A DNA stretch of 64,000 bases from Candidatus Spongiisociaceae bacterium (GTDB lineage Bacteria; Actinomycetota; Acidimicrobiia; Spongiisociales; Spongiisociaceae): assembly GCA_965202665.1 (NCBI GenBank), contig OZ241841.1:320001-384000 (forward strand). The letters run 5' to 3'. Under the pieces are notes generated by a model. The model ran no database searches and was not told the origin of the DNA. It saw nothing but the letters and a program-made list of their open reading frames with translations. The position numbers and the translations under genes were made by a program. Shown here piece after piece: positions 9,104 through 19,349 of the stretch. Position 1 is the first letter of the stretch, and each line of letters opens with the position of its first letter.

Positions 9104-11861
9104 TCAAGTGGGAATTGCGGTCTGGGTGGGACCTTGGGCGCGGCGGGCCTCTTGGGATATGCTTTCCCAGGCGGTGACCAAGCTGTTGTAGGCCACGGCG
9201 TCCTCGGTGGCACCCTCGGAGTCCGCCACCTGGTAGAGCAGATAGGCAAGATGGCGGGCTTGGTCGCTCATCCCGCCCCCCACCTTGGCTAACAACTCCC
9301 CAGCCTTGCCTTCGGATTTTTCCATTCGGGCGATGAGGTGCTGGGTAATCTCCCAAACGGTCAATCTTCGGTCGGTCCTAGGATCCCACTCTGGGTCCAA
9401 CTCGTCCCGGCGCAACAACCGAACCTTGCCGCCCTTGGACTCCACAACCCCCGCATCCTCCACCCCCTCCACCGCCACCCCCATCGCCTTCGCCAAAACC
9501 TCAGCATCCCCGAACGATCCCAATTCGAATCCGTATTGGCGATACCAGGTAAGAGCAAACCGACTGTCGGAATCCAATTCAGACTCTTCCGCCGACAAAA
9601 TCTCCTCCAATTTTTCGTTGATGAGACCCAACGCCGTACGAACCGACATCGTGGACCCATCCGCCTCCACCACCCGGGCATAGCGGGAGAAAATACGCAT
9701 TCCCGGCCCGATAGCCGACTGAGCCATATCCACCGGCGGAATAGCCTGCTCCTGAAGTAACTCTATGGCCTCCGGCATCTCATCCCGCAAGGCGGCTATA
9801 AACCCACCCCTCGTTTCTAACTGAGCATTATCAGAACGAGGACGGCAAACCAACACCACCGAAGAGGCCAACGCTGCCGTACCTTGTGAAATCATTCGGC
9901 CAGTTGTTTCAGTATGAATGGGCCAAGTGGCGGTTATCTGTAAACCAGCATCTACCAATCCTTGAAGGAAAGTTTCCCAACCAGTAGAAGTGATTTTTCC
10001 GTTCTTCTTTTCTTGTTGCTTAAATGCGTAAAAAATGGTAGCAGGAAACTTCCGGTTTTGAGCGAGGGCTATTCCCTTCATTACGTTTTTCATACCCTCC
10101 TCAAAATTTTTTTGAGCAATTGTCATTGAACCTACCCTCCATGGACTAGCTACCAATTCATCGAGTTTAGGGGTTAATAAAGTAGAGCATTCATCTGGCC
10201 ACAAATCAAACAAATTATGACGTAACCATACATAGAAAAAATCTGAAATATCTGCATATTGAATGTTGTCATAGTAAGGAGGATCGGTGCAAATTATTGG
10301 TGATACTATCTCCTCTAATCTAGTTTTTGATTCGCGTTGTTTAATATCAGATAGGACAGTATCTTGGATTAAAGGCCAATCTTTAGATGAAAAAGATAGT
10401 AGGACTCCATCAACCATTCCTTTCCAGGAACCTGAAGAATTGCTTAACGGATTGGCTTCCGCATAATCCCATATCATAGGAATAGCTTGCCGACCAAATA
10501 AACCAACAGGACATTCTGAGCTTGGCCTCCATCGAACTAATGAATTATTTGCTTCCGCTAACTTATCAAAAGCAAAAGATAAGTATGTAACAACTGCATC
10601 CGCATAAGCTACAGAACCAGCCCCTCCATCTCGTAAACGTATTCCATCATTGGCTAAGCCTGCTTGCTCAGAATCTGATTTTATAGTATTCCATACTTCC
10701 AACAAAAGAGTAGACAATGTACCAAGTGATATTAATTGTCGAGTAGTAAAGAGATCACTCCATTTTGTCATTCCATATAAAGAAACGCTGTCGGTAGCCT
10801 TACCCAATAAATTCCCTTTAGGAATGAAGTTAGGTTCTGGGAGATTTGGCAACACAGTAGGATTAAAATACATCCTACCAGACTCACCTTCCACAGCAAC
10901 CGCAATCATTGTTTCACTCATCAATCCTTGTTGACTTTGATACTGTATATATTTGGAACTAACTGACGCCCCAGTAGCAATACAAATACCACCTCCTCTA
11001 GCGATTGTCCTCTTTATAGGAGTACCACCCTCCCTAATATTATATCTCACAGTGTGCGTTGAACGATCAACAATCGGTTCTACCCAAATCAAAGGCTTGC
11101 CCTCTTTCTTACGTAATATCCAATTACTTACTAGTGGAATATGACCACTCCAAGATGGATCAGGAGATTTAACGGAACGAGCCCAAATCCATGCTATTAC
11201 CGTTGAATCCTCCACCCTTGGATATATATAACCGATATGTTCCTGTGCTCCCCTATGAATTAAGTCTCCATAGAACTTGATATCCTCCGCTAAACCTTGA
11301 GCTCTATTCCATGTTTTGAGGGTAGTAACATCCTTAGATGCAGGATTAACCGGTGGATAATTTTTAAACCGGGGCGGAATTTCTACCATAGCCTTGGAAA
11401 TTAACACTGCTACTGGATTTAAATCGCCTCCAAACGATGGTAAACCCAAACGCTGGGCCTCCAGTGGAATAATTCCTCTCCCGCAAAAGGGGTCTAAAAC
11501 CCTTACCCCCCCCCCCGTTTATAGAAGGCTCTATCTCCCTCCGGGCCTCGTCCAATACTTGAGGATTGTTAGAATTCTCTCGCGTCAACAACCTTTCCAA
11601 AATACTAAACAGCCGCTTGCGCTCCAGTGTTCTATCCTCCTCTGTAGGAAACCTATCAGGATCAGCAAGGGGATCATCCACTAAGGATGCCCACAAAACC
11701 GCCCGTGCGGCAGGCAATGGACGACGCGCCCACCACCTATGAAGATTAGAAGGATGACCCATCTTGACATTTATATCCCGCACAGACGCTTCATTTATGG
11801 CCTGGAGGGGGAGGGCCACCTCTATTAGTTTGGGGCCGCGGGGGAGGACTACGTCGGCCAT
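9104..11861 (-). pseudogene. DUF1156 adenine-specific DNA methyltransferase, frameshifted at a G11 tract (phase-variable gene, pseudogene or sequencing error)
   Basis: 5' frame KLIEVALPL...GHPSNLHRWWARRPLPAARAVLWASLV; after the tract the other frame reads VRVLDPFCGRGIIPLEAQRLG (motif I) into ORF 9104-11449 with TDPPYYDN (motif IV); G10 restores a 918-aa ORF. Confidence 0.88.
11506..11516 (-). repeat. G11 homopolymer at the methyltransferase frameshift
   Basis: Plus strand ccttaCCCCCCCCCCCgttt. Confidence 0.95.
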
Positions 11862-11867
11862 TAGGGG

Positions 11868-11944
11868 TGGTGGAGCTGACGGGATTTGAACCCGTGGCCT
11901 CTTGCATGCCATGCAAGCGCTCTGCCGACCTGAGCTACAGCCCC
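11868..11944 (-). tRNA. tRNA-Ala (GGC)
   Basis: GGGGCTGTAGCTCAGGTCGGCAGAGCGCTTGCATGGCATGCAAGAGGCCACGGGTTCAAATCCCGTCAGCTCCACCA; cloverleaf, G3-U70, anticodon GGC, encoded CCA. Confidence 0.97.
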
Positions 11945-11958
11945 TTTGATTGGTTCCA

Positions 11959-12405
11959 TCATAGTGGGGATTTTACATTCCGCAAACCATCCTCCAAATC
12001 CGCCAAATTCCCGGCGGGGGCGGGAGGCGGCGTCCACTCCACGCGGGGGGCGTCCCCCCACAGGCGCTCCAGGGCGTAGAATTCACGGGCTTGCTGGGAG
12101 AACAGGTGCACCACCAGGTCGCCGTAGTCCATCAGCAGCCAGTCGCCCTCCTCCCGGCCTTCGATGCGCACCGGCTCCCGGTGGTGGCCTTTCAGCCGCT
12201 CCTCCACCTCTTCGGCCATAGTGCGGATCTGCCGTTTGGACGAACCGGTGGCGATCACGAACACGTCCGCCACCCGCAACAGATCCCCCACCCACAGAAT
12301 CGCCACCTCCCTCCCCTGTTTGCCGTCGATCGCGTCCGCGGACGCCCGGGCCAAATCCGCCGAAGACAGTTCCGCAATCGTAACGGCCCGTTCGGTGATA
12401 TTCAC
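11959..12405 (-). CDS. rsfS: Ribosome silencing factor RsfS
   Basis: DVFVIATGSSKRQI, WLLMDYGDLVVHLF...REFYALERLWGDAP; follows nadD. Confidence 0.94.
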   Translation of the reverse strand: MNITERAVTIAELSSADLARASADAIDGKQGREVAILWVGDLLRVADVFVIATGSSKRQIRTMAEEVEERLKGHHREPVRIEGREEGDWLLMDYGDLVVHLFSQQAREFYALERLWGDAPRVEWTPPPAPAGNLADLEDGLRNVKSPL

Positions 12406-13034
12406 CCCCCTTGGCTGGCAACGGCGTTCATCAACCCCACTTTAGCATCCCCCGCCCCGTATCCGTACAACCCGTGCACCAGGATGTACGCCCACACCGG
12501 TTGGGGAAGCAGATAGTGGATGTTCCCCCTCCGCTCCGCCTTGGCCCGGATTTCGGAGCCGGACACGGGAAACTCCGGCATATCCAGCCATTCCGCCCGA
12601 CCGCCCAGGGCCTCATCCACCGCCGCCCGCTCCTCCCCGGGACGGGGAACCACCGCCACCCGGGCCAAGCCCATCACCTCCCCCGCCCGATGCCAGGTGG
12701 GAAGCCCGCGGGCGGCGTCCGCCCCCAGAATCAAAACCGGTTCGGCGTCCCCCCGTTCCAGCAACGTGTCAATCGTGTAGGTGGGGCCGGGGCGGCGCAC
12801 CTCCCGGTCGTCCACTTCCGCAACATCCCAGTCGGCGACGGCGGCCAACGTCATCCCCAGGCGATGTTCGGCGGAGGCGACCGTCTCCCCCGTTTTCTGC
12901 CAGGGCGAGCCGGCGGGAACGAAAACCACCCGCTCCAAACCCAGTTGCCTGTATGCGGCTTCGGCGATCAGCACATGGATGATGTGGGGAGGATCGAACG
13001 TCCCTCCGAAAATCCCGACCGGCCCGCCGTCCAT
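12402..13034 (-). CDS. nadD: Nicotinate-nucleotide adenylyltransferase
   Basis: GIFGGTFDPPHIIH, TYTIDTL, LILGAD, VSGSEIR. Confidence 0.94.
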   Translation of the reverse strand: MDGGPVGIFGGTFDPPHIIHVLIAEAAYRQLGLERVVFVPAGSPWQKTGETVASAEHRLGMTLAAVADWDVAEVDDREVRRPGPTYTIDTLLERGDAEPVLILGADAARGLPTWHRAGEVMGLARVAVVPRPGEERAAVDEALGGRAEWLDMPEFPVSGSEIRAKAERRGNIHYLLPQPVWAYILVHGLYGYGAGDAKVGLMNAVASQGG

Positions 13035-13059
13035 AACCCCTACCTCCTGCCGCCGCCCA

Positions 13060-13842
13060 TCACATTTCCAACAGGGCGTCCAACCCCACCGTCACCGGCT
13101 CGGCCAAATCCGCCACCGACCGCAACGCCAGCACAATCCCCGGGGCGAACGCCCGGTAGTCGGTGGTGTCGTGGCGGATGGTCAGATATTCGCCGACCCC
13201 GCCCAGCACCACCTCCTGATGGGCCACCGACCCGTGGGCGCGCAACGAATGAACGGCCACCCCTTCCACCGTCGCCCCCAACGCACCCGCCGCCAACTCC
13301 CGCCCCCGGCCGTGCGTCTCCACCCCCGCCCGCCTCCGGGCGGCCCCCATGCGGGCGGCCGTGTTCAGGCTGGTGCCGGACGGGGCGTCCGGTTTGTCGT
13401 GATGGTGCATTTCAACGATCTCCGCCGAAGCGAAATGGGGGGCGGCCAGTTCGGAGAACAGCATCATCAGCACCGCCCCCACCGAAAAGTTGGGGACCAC
13501 CAAGCAACGCCCCCCGGCCCCCGCCCATTCTTCCCGCAGAGCCGCCACTTTGCCCTCATCGTATCCGGAGGTTCCGATCACCACATCCGCCCCGAAAGTC
13601 CGCCAGCGGGAAACGTTTCCGGGCGCGGCATCCGGGTTGGTAACTTCCAAAATCACATCGCATCCCCGCAGGGCCTCCGGGTCGCCGGAGCAAACAACCC
13701 CTCCCAGGTCTTCCCCGTCGTGCCCGGGAGCGTACAAACCCGCCGCTTCCAAATCAGGTTCGGGCAAAAGGGCGCCCAAAGCCAACCGGCCCATTTTGCC
13801 CGGAGCCCCCGAAATCCCCACCCGCAACTTTTCGGCGGTCAT
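13060..13842 (-). CDS. dapB: 4-hydroxy-tetrahydrodipicolinate reductase
   Basis: GAPGKMG, VIGTSG, PNFSVG, EMHHHDKPDAPSGT. Confidence 0.95.
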   Translation of the reverse strand: MTAEKLRVGISGAPGKMGRLALGALLPEPDLEAAGLYAPGHDGEDLGGVVCSGDPEALRGCDVILEVTNPDAAPGNVSRWRTFGADVVIGTSGYDEGKVAALREEWAGAGGRCLVVPNFSVGAVLMMLFSELAAPHFASAEIVEMHHHDKPDAPSGTSLNTAARMGAARRRAGVETHGRGRELAAGALGATVEGVAVHSLRAHGSVAHQEVVLGGVGEYLTIRHDTTDYRAFAPGIVLALRSVADLAEPVTVGLDALLEM

Positions 13843-15095
13843 AGCATCATCACCGTCAGCTCCGCCGAATCGAGCGGCCCCACCGCCCCCATCACCAGCG
13901 GCCCCCGCAACACCCGCCCCGCCACTTCCAACACTTCCCCGACGGTGATCCGGTCGATGCGGGCCAGCCGCTCATCCAAAGAAAGTTGGGGCAAACCGCA
14001 CAGGTGGTTGCGTCCCAGGCGCACCATCCGGGTTTGGGTGTCCTCCATGGACAGGGCCAGCGACCCCCGCATATGGCCTTTGGCCCGTTCCAGTTCCGCC
14101 TCGGTCACCCCCTGTTCGATCATCGTCGCGATTTCGTCGATCAGAATCTCCATCACTTCCGGCACGGTAGCCGGAGTGGTGCCCACATACACCCCCCAGG
14201 CCCCGGTTTCGGTGAAAGGCACACTGAAACTGTGCACGGCGTAAGCCAGCCCCCGTTCCTCCCGGATTTTTTGGAACAGACGGGAGGACATTCCCCCGCC
14301 CAAGATATGCTGCATGGCGGAATGGGCGAACCGCCCCTCGTCGGAGGCGGTGATGGACAGCCCCCCCATCGCCAGATGGGCCTGTTCGGTGTCCCGCCAC
14401 ACCACCATCGTCCTCACCGGAGTCTCCAAGACGACTTCCCGCAAAGGGCGTCCCGTCTCCGGGGTGTCCCATTCCCCGAAATGCTTCTCCACCAGTTCCA
14501 TCACCCGCTCATGTTGCACGTTGCCCGCCACCGCCACCACGCAACTGTCCGACCCGTAGCGCCGCCCCCAGTAGCCGGCCAGGTCGTCCCCGGTCATCGC
14601 CCCGATGGATTCCCTGGTGCCCAGCACCGGCGGCCCCAGGTAATGGCTGGAGAACATGGTGCGTATGAAAGTTTCAAAGGCGGTGTCGGACGGGTCGTCC
14701 TCGTTCATGTTGATTTCTTCGATCACCACCTGCCGTTCCGAGTCGATTTCATGCGGGCGGAAGGCGGGGCGCTGCAGCATTTCCGCCAACAGGTCCATTC
14801 CGGTGTCCAACTCCGAGTCCAGCAGGTGCGCCCAAAAGCAGGTGCGTTCTTTGGAGGTGAAGGCGTTGCTTTGGGCGCCGATGGCGTCGAACGTTTCGGA
14901 AATGTCGCGGGCCGACAGCCGGTCGGTGCCTTTGAAAAGCAGATGTTCCAAAAAATGGGCGGCCCCCGCCTCATGGGGTCGTTCGTCGCGGCTGCCGGTG
15001 TCCAGCCAGCATCCGACGGCCACCGAACGCACCGCCGGAACGGTTTCGGTTACCACCGTGACGCCGGTGGAGGACCGCGAGGTGACGATGCTCAT
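13839..15095 (-). CDS. M16 (pitrilysin) family zinc peptidase
   Basis: AHFLEHLLFKGT, NAFTSKE, LGGGMSSRLFQKIREERGLAY. Confidence 0.93.
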   Translation of the reverse strand: MSIVTSRSSTGVTVVTETVPAVRSVAVGCWLDTGSRDERPHEAGAAHFLEHLLFKGTDRLSARDISETFDAIGAQSNAFTSKERTCFWAHLLDSELDTGMDLLAEMLQRPAFRPHEIDSERQVVIEEINMNEDDPSDTAFETFIRTMFSSHYLGPPVLGTRESIGAMTGDDLAGYWGRRYGSDSCVVAVAGNVQHERVMELVEKHFGEWDTPETGRPLREVVLETPVRTMVVWRDTEQAHLAMGGLSITASDEGRFAHSAMQHILGGGMSSRLFQKIREERGLAYAVHSFSVPFTETGAWGVYVGTTPATVPEVMEILIDEIATMIEQGVTEAELERAKGHMRGSLALSMEDTQTRMVRLGRNHLCGLPQLSLDERLARIDRITVGEVLEVAGRVLRGPLVMGAVGPLDSAELTVMML

Positions 15096-15197
15096 ACCCC
15101 GATGTTACCCCGCCCCGCCCGCTTCCGCCCCGCCCGCCGGGAGCCCCCTCCTTAATTAAAGGGGCTTAGAGGAGCGCCCCTCCCCTACAATGGGGGA

Positions 15198-16049
15198 ATG
15201 GACCTCACCCAGCCGGTATGCCATCGGCACCGCGACCGGATCACTTTTCTGCGTTGCTCCCGATGCGAACGGCACATCTGCCCGGACTGCTCCATCGACT
15301 CGGCGGTCGGACAGCGGTGCCCGGACTGCAGCCCGCAGCAACCCCGCCGGGTGGCGTCCCGCGCCTCCGGCCCGGCCCGGACGGGCGGCGGCTCCCGCGC
15401 CCGCAACATCGGCGGTTCGCTCACCCCGGCTACCCTGGCCATCCTCATCATCACCGCCGTCGTCTACCTGTTGCAGTGGGTGATGGGGAATACCATCTTC
15501 AACTATTTCGCCCACGCCACCTGGCTGGTCGCCGAAGGAGAATGGTGGCGGGGCGTCACCGCCGCTTTCCTGCACAGCGAAGGCTTCATCTTTCACATTC
15601 TCTTCAACATGTATTTCCTGTACGTGCTGGGCCCCCGCATGGAACAGCAGGTGGGGTCGGCTTCTTTCATCGCCCTCTATCTGGGGTCGGCGGCGGGCGG
15701 CGGGGCGGCCTTCCAGTTTCTGGTGGACGGACGGGCGGTGGCCCTGGGGGCGTCGGGGGCGGTGTTCGGTTTGCTGGGGGCGGCCCTGGCGGGGGCTTTC
15801 CGGGTGCGCAACACCCCCGCGGGCAGGGCCGCCTTCCGGCAGTTGGCGTTCCTGCTGGCCATCAACCTGGTTCTTCCTTTCGTCATCGGGAACGTGGCCT
15901 GGCAGGCCCATTTGGGCGGACTGGCGGCGGGCCTGGTGATCGCCGGCCTCTGGCAGCGCATCCCCCCCGGCCCGAAACTGAACCGGTCCCGCACTTTGAC
16001 GGCTTGGGCTGTGGCGGCCATCGCCTTGGCTTTGCTGTGGGCGGCCTGA
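15198..16049 (+). CDS. Rhomboid intramembrane serine protease with N-terminal B-box-like Zn finger
   Basis: CHRHRDR..CSRC..ICPDC, WR motif, HILFNM, GASGAVFG, HLGG. Confidence 0.92.
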   Translation: MDLTQPVCHRHRDRITFLRCSRCERHICPDCSIDSAVGQRCPDCSPQQPRRVASRASGPARTGGGSRARNIGGSLTPATLAILIITAVVYLLQWVMGNTIFNYFAHATWLVAEGEWWRGVTAAFLHSEGFIFHILFNMYFLYVLGPRMEQQVGSASFIALYLGSAAGGGAAFQFLVDGRAVALGASGAVFGLLGAALAGAFRVRNTPAGRAAFRQLAFLLAINLVLPFVIGNVAWQAHLGGLAAGLVIAGLWQRIPPGPKLNRSRTLTAWAVAAIALALLWAA

Positions 16050-16116
16050 ACCGCCGCCCCGCCCCCCTTTCCGACCGGGGGATTTTTGTCGGACGGGTAT
16101 GGCAAACTGAAGAACC

Positions 16117-18306
16117 ATGACCCAAACCCGGCCCCCTGCCCCCGGCGCCCTGCTGGGGGAAATCCTGCCCGCGGAGGAACGGGCCATCGAGTCGGTGGTG
16201 GCCCGCTACCAGCGGGTGTCGGGAGCGGTGACCCGGGTGGCCCGCGCCCTCACCGGCCGGGAGGATCTGCGGGTGACGCTGGGTTCGTCCAGCCGGGCGG
16301 AGGGGGACGAAGTGGTGATCGACCCCGGACTTTTCCAGGCGGCGTACGGGCGGCGGGCCCCGGTCACCCCGGAGGAAACAGCCCTGGCTTCCGCCTTGCA
16401 CGAGGTGATCCATTTGGTGTCCACCGACTTGGAGGAAACCCGCCCCCCGCCGCCCGACTGGGAACCGGAAGCCGACGGGGAGCCGATGACCCTGCTGGAG
16501 GCCCTGCACGAGGCGGGCGGCCCCCCGGCCGAGGCCCTGTTTTTCGCAGTGGAGGACGCCCGCCAGGAAAACCAGGGGCTGGCCGCCTACCCGGGGGCCT
16601 GCTCGGTGCTGGAGGATCTGTACCGGGCGGCGCTGAACGATGGACTGCGGGGGCGGGGGGCGGGGGCCCAGTTCGCGGTGGCATGTTTCATGCTGGTGGG
16701 CGGCTACGCCGACCCCGGCTTTTTGAACCCCCTCCTGCAATCGGAAGTGGCGGAAGCCCTGGGGGAAGCCGCCCCGTTGCTGGCCGCGGCCGCCGCCGCC
16801 GCCGACCCGTGGGAGACGGCCGGGCTGGCTTTGAAGTTGCTGGAAATAGCCCGCCGCCGCGGTTTGGCGTCGGCGGGAGGCGGGGAGGGCGGCGAAGGCG
16901 GGGACCGGCGGCGGCAGGAGGCGGAGCGGGAGGCGATGGCCGACGGCTTGGACCGGGTCCGCCTGCTGTCCCCGGTGGTGTCCGACGCCGACTCCTATGA
17001 GGAAACCCGGCGGGGCGGGGAGGCGATGGAATCCAGCAACGGGGACCGCCGCGAGCAGGCCGAGCGGGCGGGCGAGGAAGGCGCCGAGCAGTTGCTGACC
17101 GTCAGCCAGGCCCCGCTGGTGTACCTGCCCACCGGCCAGAGCGGCAAGCTGGTGGTGGGTCCGGTGCCCGACTCTTTCCGGGGGTTCGCCTCCCAGGGAA
17201 GGGCGGCCCTCATGGAAGCGGCCCGTTCCTGGCAGGTGGATCAGCACCGGGTGTCGGGCGAGCTGTTTCCGCTGTTCGCGGCCAACCAGCGGCGGGGGTT
17301 GCGTTCCGGCTACGACGCGGGCGACCTGTCCCCCTATTCGGCCCTGTTGCTGGGGGGCGGCCTCTATCAGCGGATGTTCGAACGGCGCTCCCGTTCCACC
17401 CGCCGTTCCTACGCGGTGAGCGTGCTGGTGGACGGTTCGGCCTCCATGTTGCAGCCCCGGCGCCTGGCTTCCGCCGGCGACCGGCAGCCGTGGGGCCTGT
17501 CGGCGGCCATGCTGGGGGCGTGGACGTTGGCGGCGATGTGCAACGAGTTGCAGGTGGATTTCGAAGTGTCCCTGTTCAACCGGGCTTTCGCCGCCAAAGC
17601 GGACGACACCGAATGGTCCTATTCCCGGCGCCGGAGCACCGCCGCCGGCCAACTTCGGCAAAGCCGGGGGGAGGCTGCCAAACGGCTCACTTCCACCGTC
17701 AACCACTATTTGCTGTCCACCTTCGATCAGCCGTGGCGGCGCGCCGAGGACGTGCTGGCCGGGCTGTTCTGGGCGGCGGCCCGCACCGGGGAGGCGAACA
17801 TGGCCGCCCGCCGCGCCCCCCGGGAGTGCGCCCCGGTGTCCATGTTCGAAAACGCGGCCAACGTGGACGAGTTCAACCTGACCTACGCCGCCGGGCGGCT
17901 GTCCGCCCATCGCGCCCGGGTGTCGGTGATGGTGGTGCTGGCCGACGGGATGACGCGGGGGTCGGTGGAGAACCTGTCCCGGGCGGTGGCGGAAATAGAC
18001 GGCTTGGGGATCACGGTGCTGGGAATCGGAGTGGGGGACGATACGGTGGTGGCCGCCTACCCCCGGCATCAGGTGGTGACGCGCCCCAATGAGCTGGCCG
18101 CTTCCATGGTGGACGGGGTGCGGCTGGCCCTGCGGCGGGGCTTGGCCCTGTTCGGGGAGGACCGCTGGTGGAGCGGGGCGTGCCGGGCCGGAACCGGGGA
18201 GGCCGCCCGCCCCGGGGCGGTCGACGGCCGGCCCCTGCCTCCGGGCGGCCGGATGCGCCCCCCCGGCCGCCTATCATCCGGGCGGGCGGCGGAACCGATC
18301 CGCTGA
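16117..18306 (+). CDS. CobT/NorD-like protein with HExxH motif and C-terminal vWA domain
   Basis: ALHEVIH, VEDARQE, MIDAS VLVDGSASM, VVLADG, VLGIGVG; stop overlaps start of AAA gene. Confidence 0.78.
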   Translation: MTQTRPPAPGALLGEILPAEERAIESVVARYQRVSGAVTRVARALTGREDLRVTLGSSSRAEGDEVVIDPGLFQAAYGRRAPVTPEETALASALHEVIHLVSTDLEETRPPPPDWEPEADGEPMTLLEALHEAGGPPAEALFFAVEDARQENQGLAAYPGACSVLEDLYRAALNDGLRGRGAGAQFAVACFMLVGGYADPGFLNPLLQSEVAEALGEAAPLLAAAAAAADPWETAGLALKLLEIARRRGLASAGGGEGGEGGDRRRQEAEREAMADGLDRVRLLSPVVSDADSYEETRRGGEAMESSNGDRREQAERAGEEGAEQLLTVSQAPLVYLPTGQSGKLVVGPVPDSFRGFASQGRAALMEAARSWQVDQHRVSGELFPLFAANQRRGLRSGYDAGDLSPYSALLLGGGLYQRMFERRSRSTRRSYAVSVLVDGSASMLQPRRLASAGDRQPWGLSAAMLGAWTLAAMCNELQVDFEVSLFNRAFAAKADDTEWSYSRRRSTAAGQLRQSRGEAAKRLTSTVNHYLLSTFDQPWRRAEDVLAGLFWAAARTGEANMAARRAPRECAPVSMFENAANVDEFNLTYAAGRLSAHRARVSVMVVLADGMTRGSVENLSRAVAEIDGLGITVLGIGVGDDTVVAAYPRHQVVTRPNELAASMVDGVRLALRRGLALFGEDRWWSGACRAGTGEAARPGAVDGRPLPPGGRMRPPGRLSSGRAAEPIR

Positions 18307-19322
18307 TGGGAAAGAAAGCGACCGTGTCCGACGAAGTTACCTTCACCGACCCGTCCGGCGCGGGCCAGCCGATCGTTTTGGAACGGTTCGCCCTCCCGGC
18401 GCGGGGGTTGGCCGACCTGTCCCACCGCCGAGGGAAAATCCCCTCCCCCGATCCGCATTACGTGGATGTGGGGATGCTGTACCGGTTCGCGGCGGTGGAG
18501 GCCGTCCGCCGGGCCGAGCCGCCGGGAACCGTCCCCCTCCATTTGGCGGTGCGGGGCCATATGGGCACCGGCAAAGACCACGACATCGAGCAGTTCGCGG
18601 CCCTGCTGGGCTTGCCCTATTACCGCATTCCGCTCACCGGGGAGGTGCGTGACATCACCCTCATCGGGTCGGTCAAATTGTACGGGGACGGGAAGGGCGG
18701 CACCGAAAGTCGCTGGGAGGACGGCGACATCACCCGCGCCCTGCGCGGGCCGGCCCTGGTCAACCTGTCCGAGTTGAACGCGGCCGGGGCGGAAACCCTG
18801 TTCGCTTTGCACAGCCTGCTGGACCGCTACGGGGCCCTGGACTTGCCCACCGGGGAGTCGGTGCCGTTGCGGGGCGACGTGCGGCTGTTCGGGACGATGA
18901 ACCCCACCGACCTGCGCGACTACGCCGGCACCCAGACTTTGAACAAGGCCTTCGCCGACCGGTGGGTGATCTGGGAGAAGAGTTTCCCCACCGCCGACGA
19001 GATTAAAGCCATGTTGCGGCGGCGCTACCGGGGGTTGGACGATGAATACATCGGCCACATCTGCCGCCTGGCCTCCGAAGTGAACGATTCTTTTACGGCC
19101 GCCGACCCGGCCGGGCGGGTGGAGACTCCGATGAGCCTGCGCACCGTGCTGGACCGCCTCCCCGCCGGGCTGCTGATGTTCGCCGACCGGCCCGACCCGT
19201 TGCGTTCCGCCTGGGAGACGATGGTGCTGCCCCACATCGACTCCTATGACGTGGACCACTACGAGACGGTGTGGTCGGCCTGCGTTCGGAAAGGCCCCGG
19301 CCATCCCCCGTTCGCTTCCTGA
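18306..19322 (+). CDS. MoxR/CbbQ/CobS-like AAA+ ATPase
   Basis: Walker A GHMGTGKD, GTMNP...YAGTQTLNKAFADRW; ATG at TGATG overlap. Confidence 0.82.
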   Translation: MGKKATVSDEVTFTDPSGAGQPIVLERFALPARGLADLSHRRGKIPSPDPHYVDVGMLYRFAAVEAVRRAEPPGTVPLHLAVRGHMGTGKDHDIEQFAALLGLPYYRIPLTGEVRDITLIGSVKLYGDGKGGTESRWEDGDITRALRGPALVNLSELNAAGAETLFALHSLLDRYGALDLPTGESVPLRGDVRLFGTMNPTDLRDYAGTQTLNKAFADRWVIWEKSFPTADEIKAMLRRRYRGLDDEYIGHICRLASEVNDSFTAADPAGRVETPMSLRTVLDRLPAGLLMFADRPDPLRSAWETMVLPHIDSYDVDHYETVWSACVRKGPGHPPFAS

Positions 19323-19349
19323 ACGCCCGGTCGGCAAACGGGGGCGGAG

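Noticed and set aside
11862-11912. N-terminal extension of track ORF 11364-11912
   Set aside because: It reads through the tRNA-Ala gene; ATG 11861 is the plausible start.
7469-11944. Integrative element at tRNA-Ala
   Set aside because: No integrase, and no duplicated tRNA 3' end (att) was found by eye.
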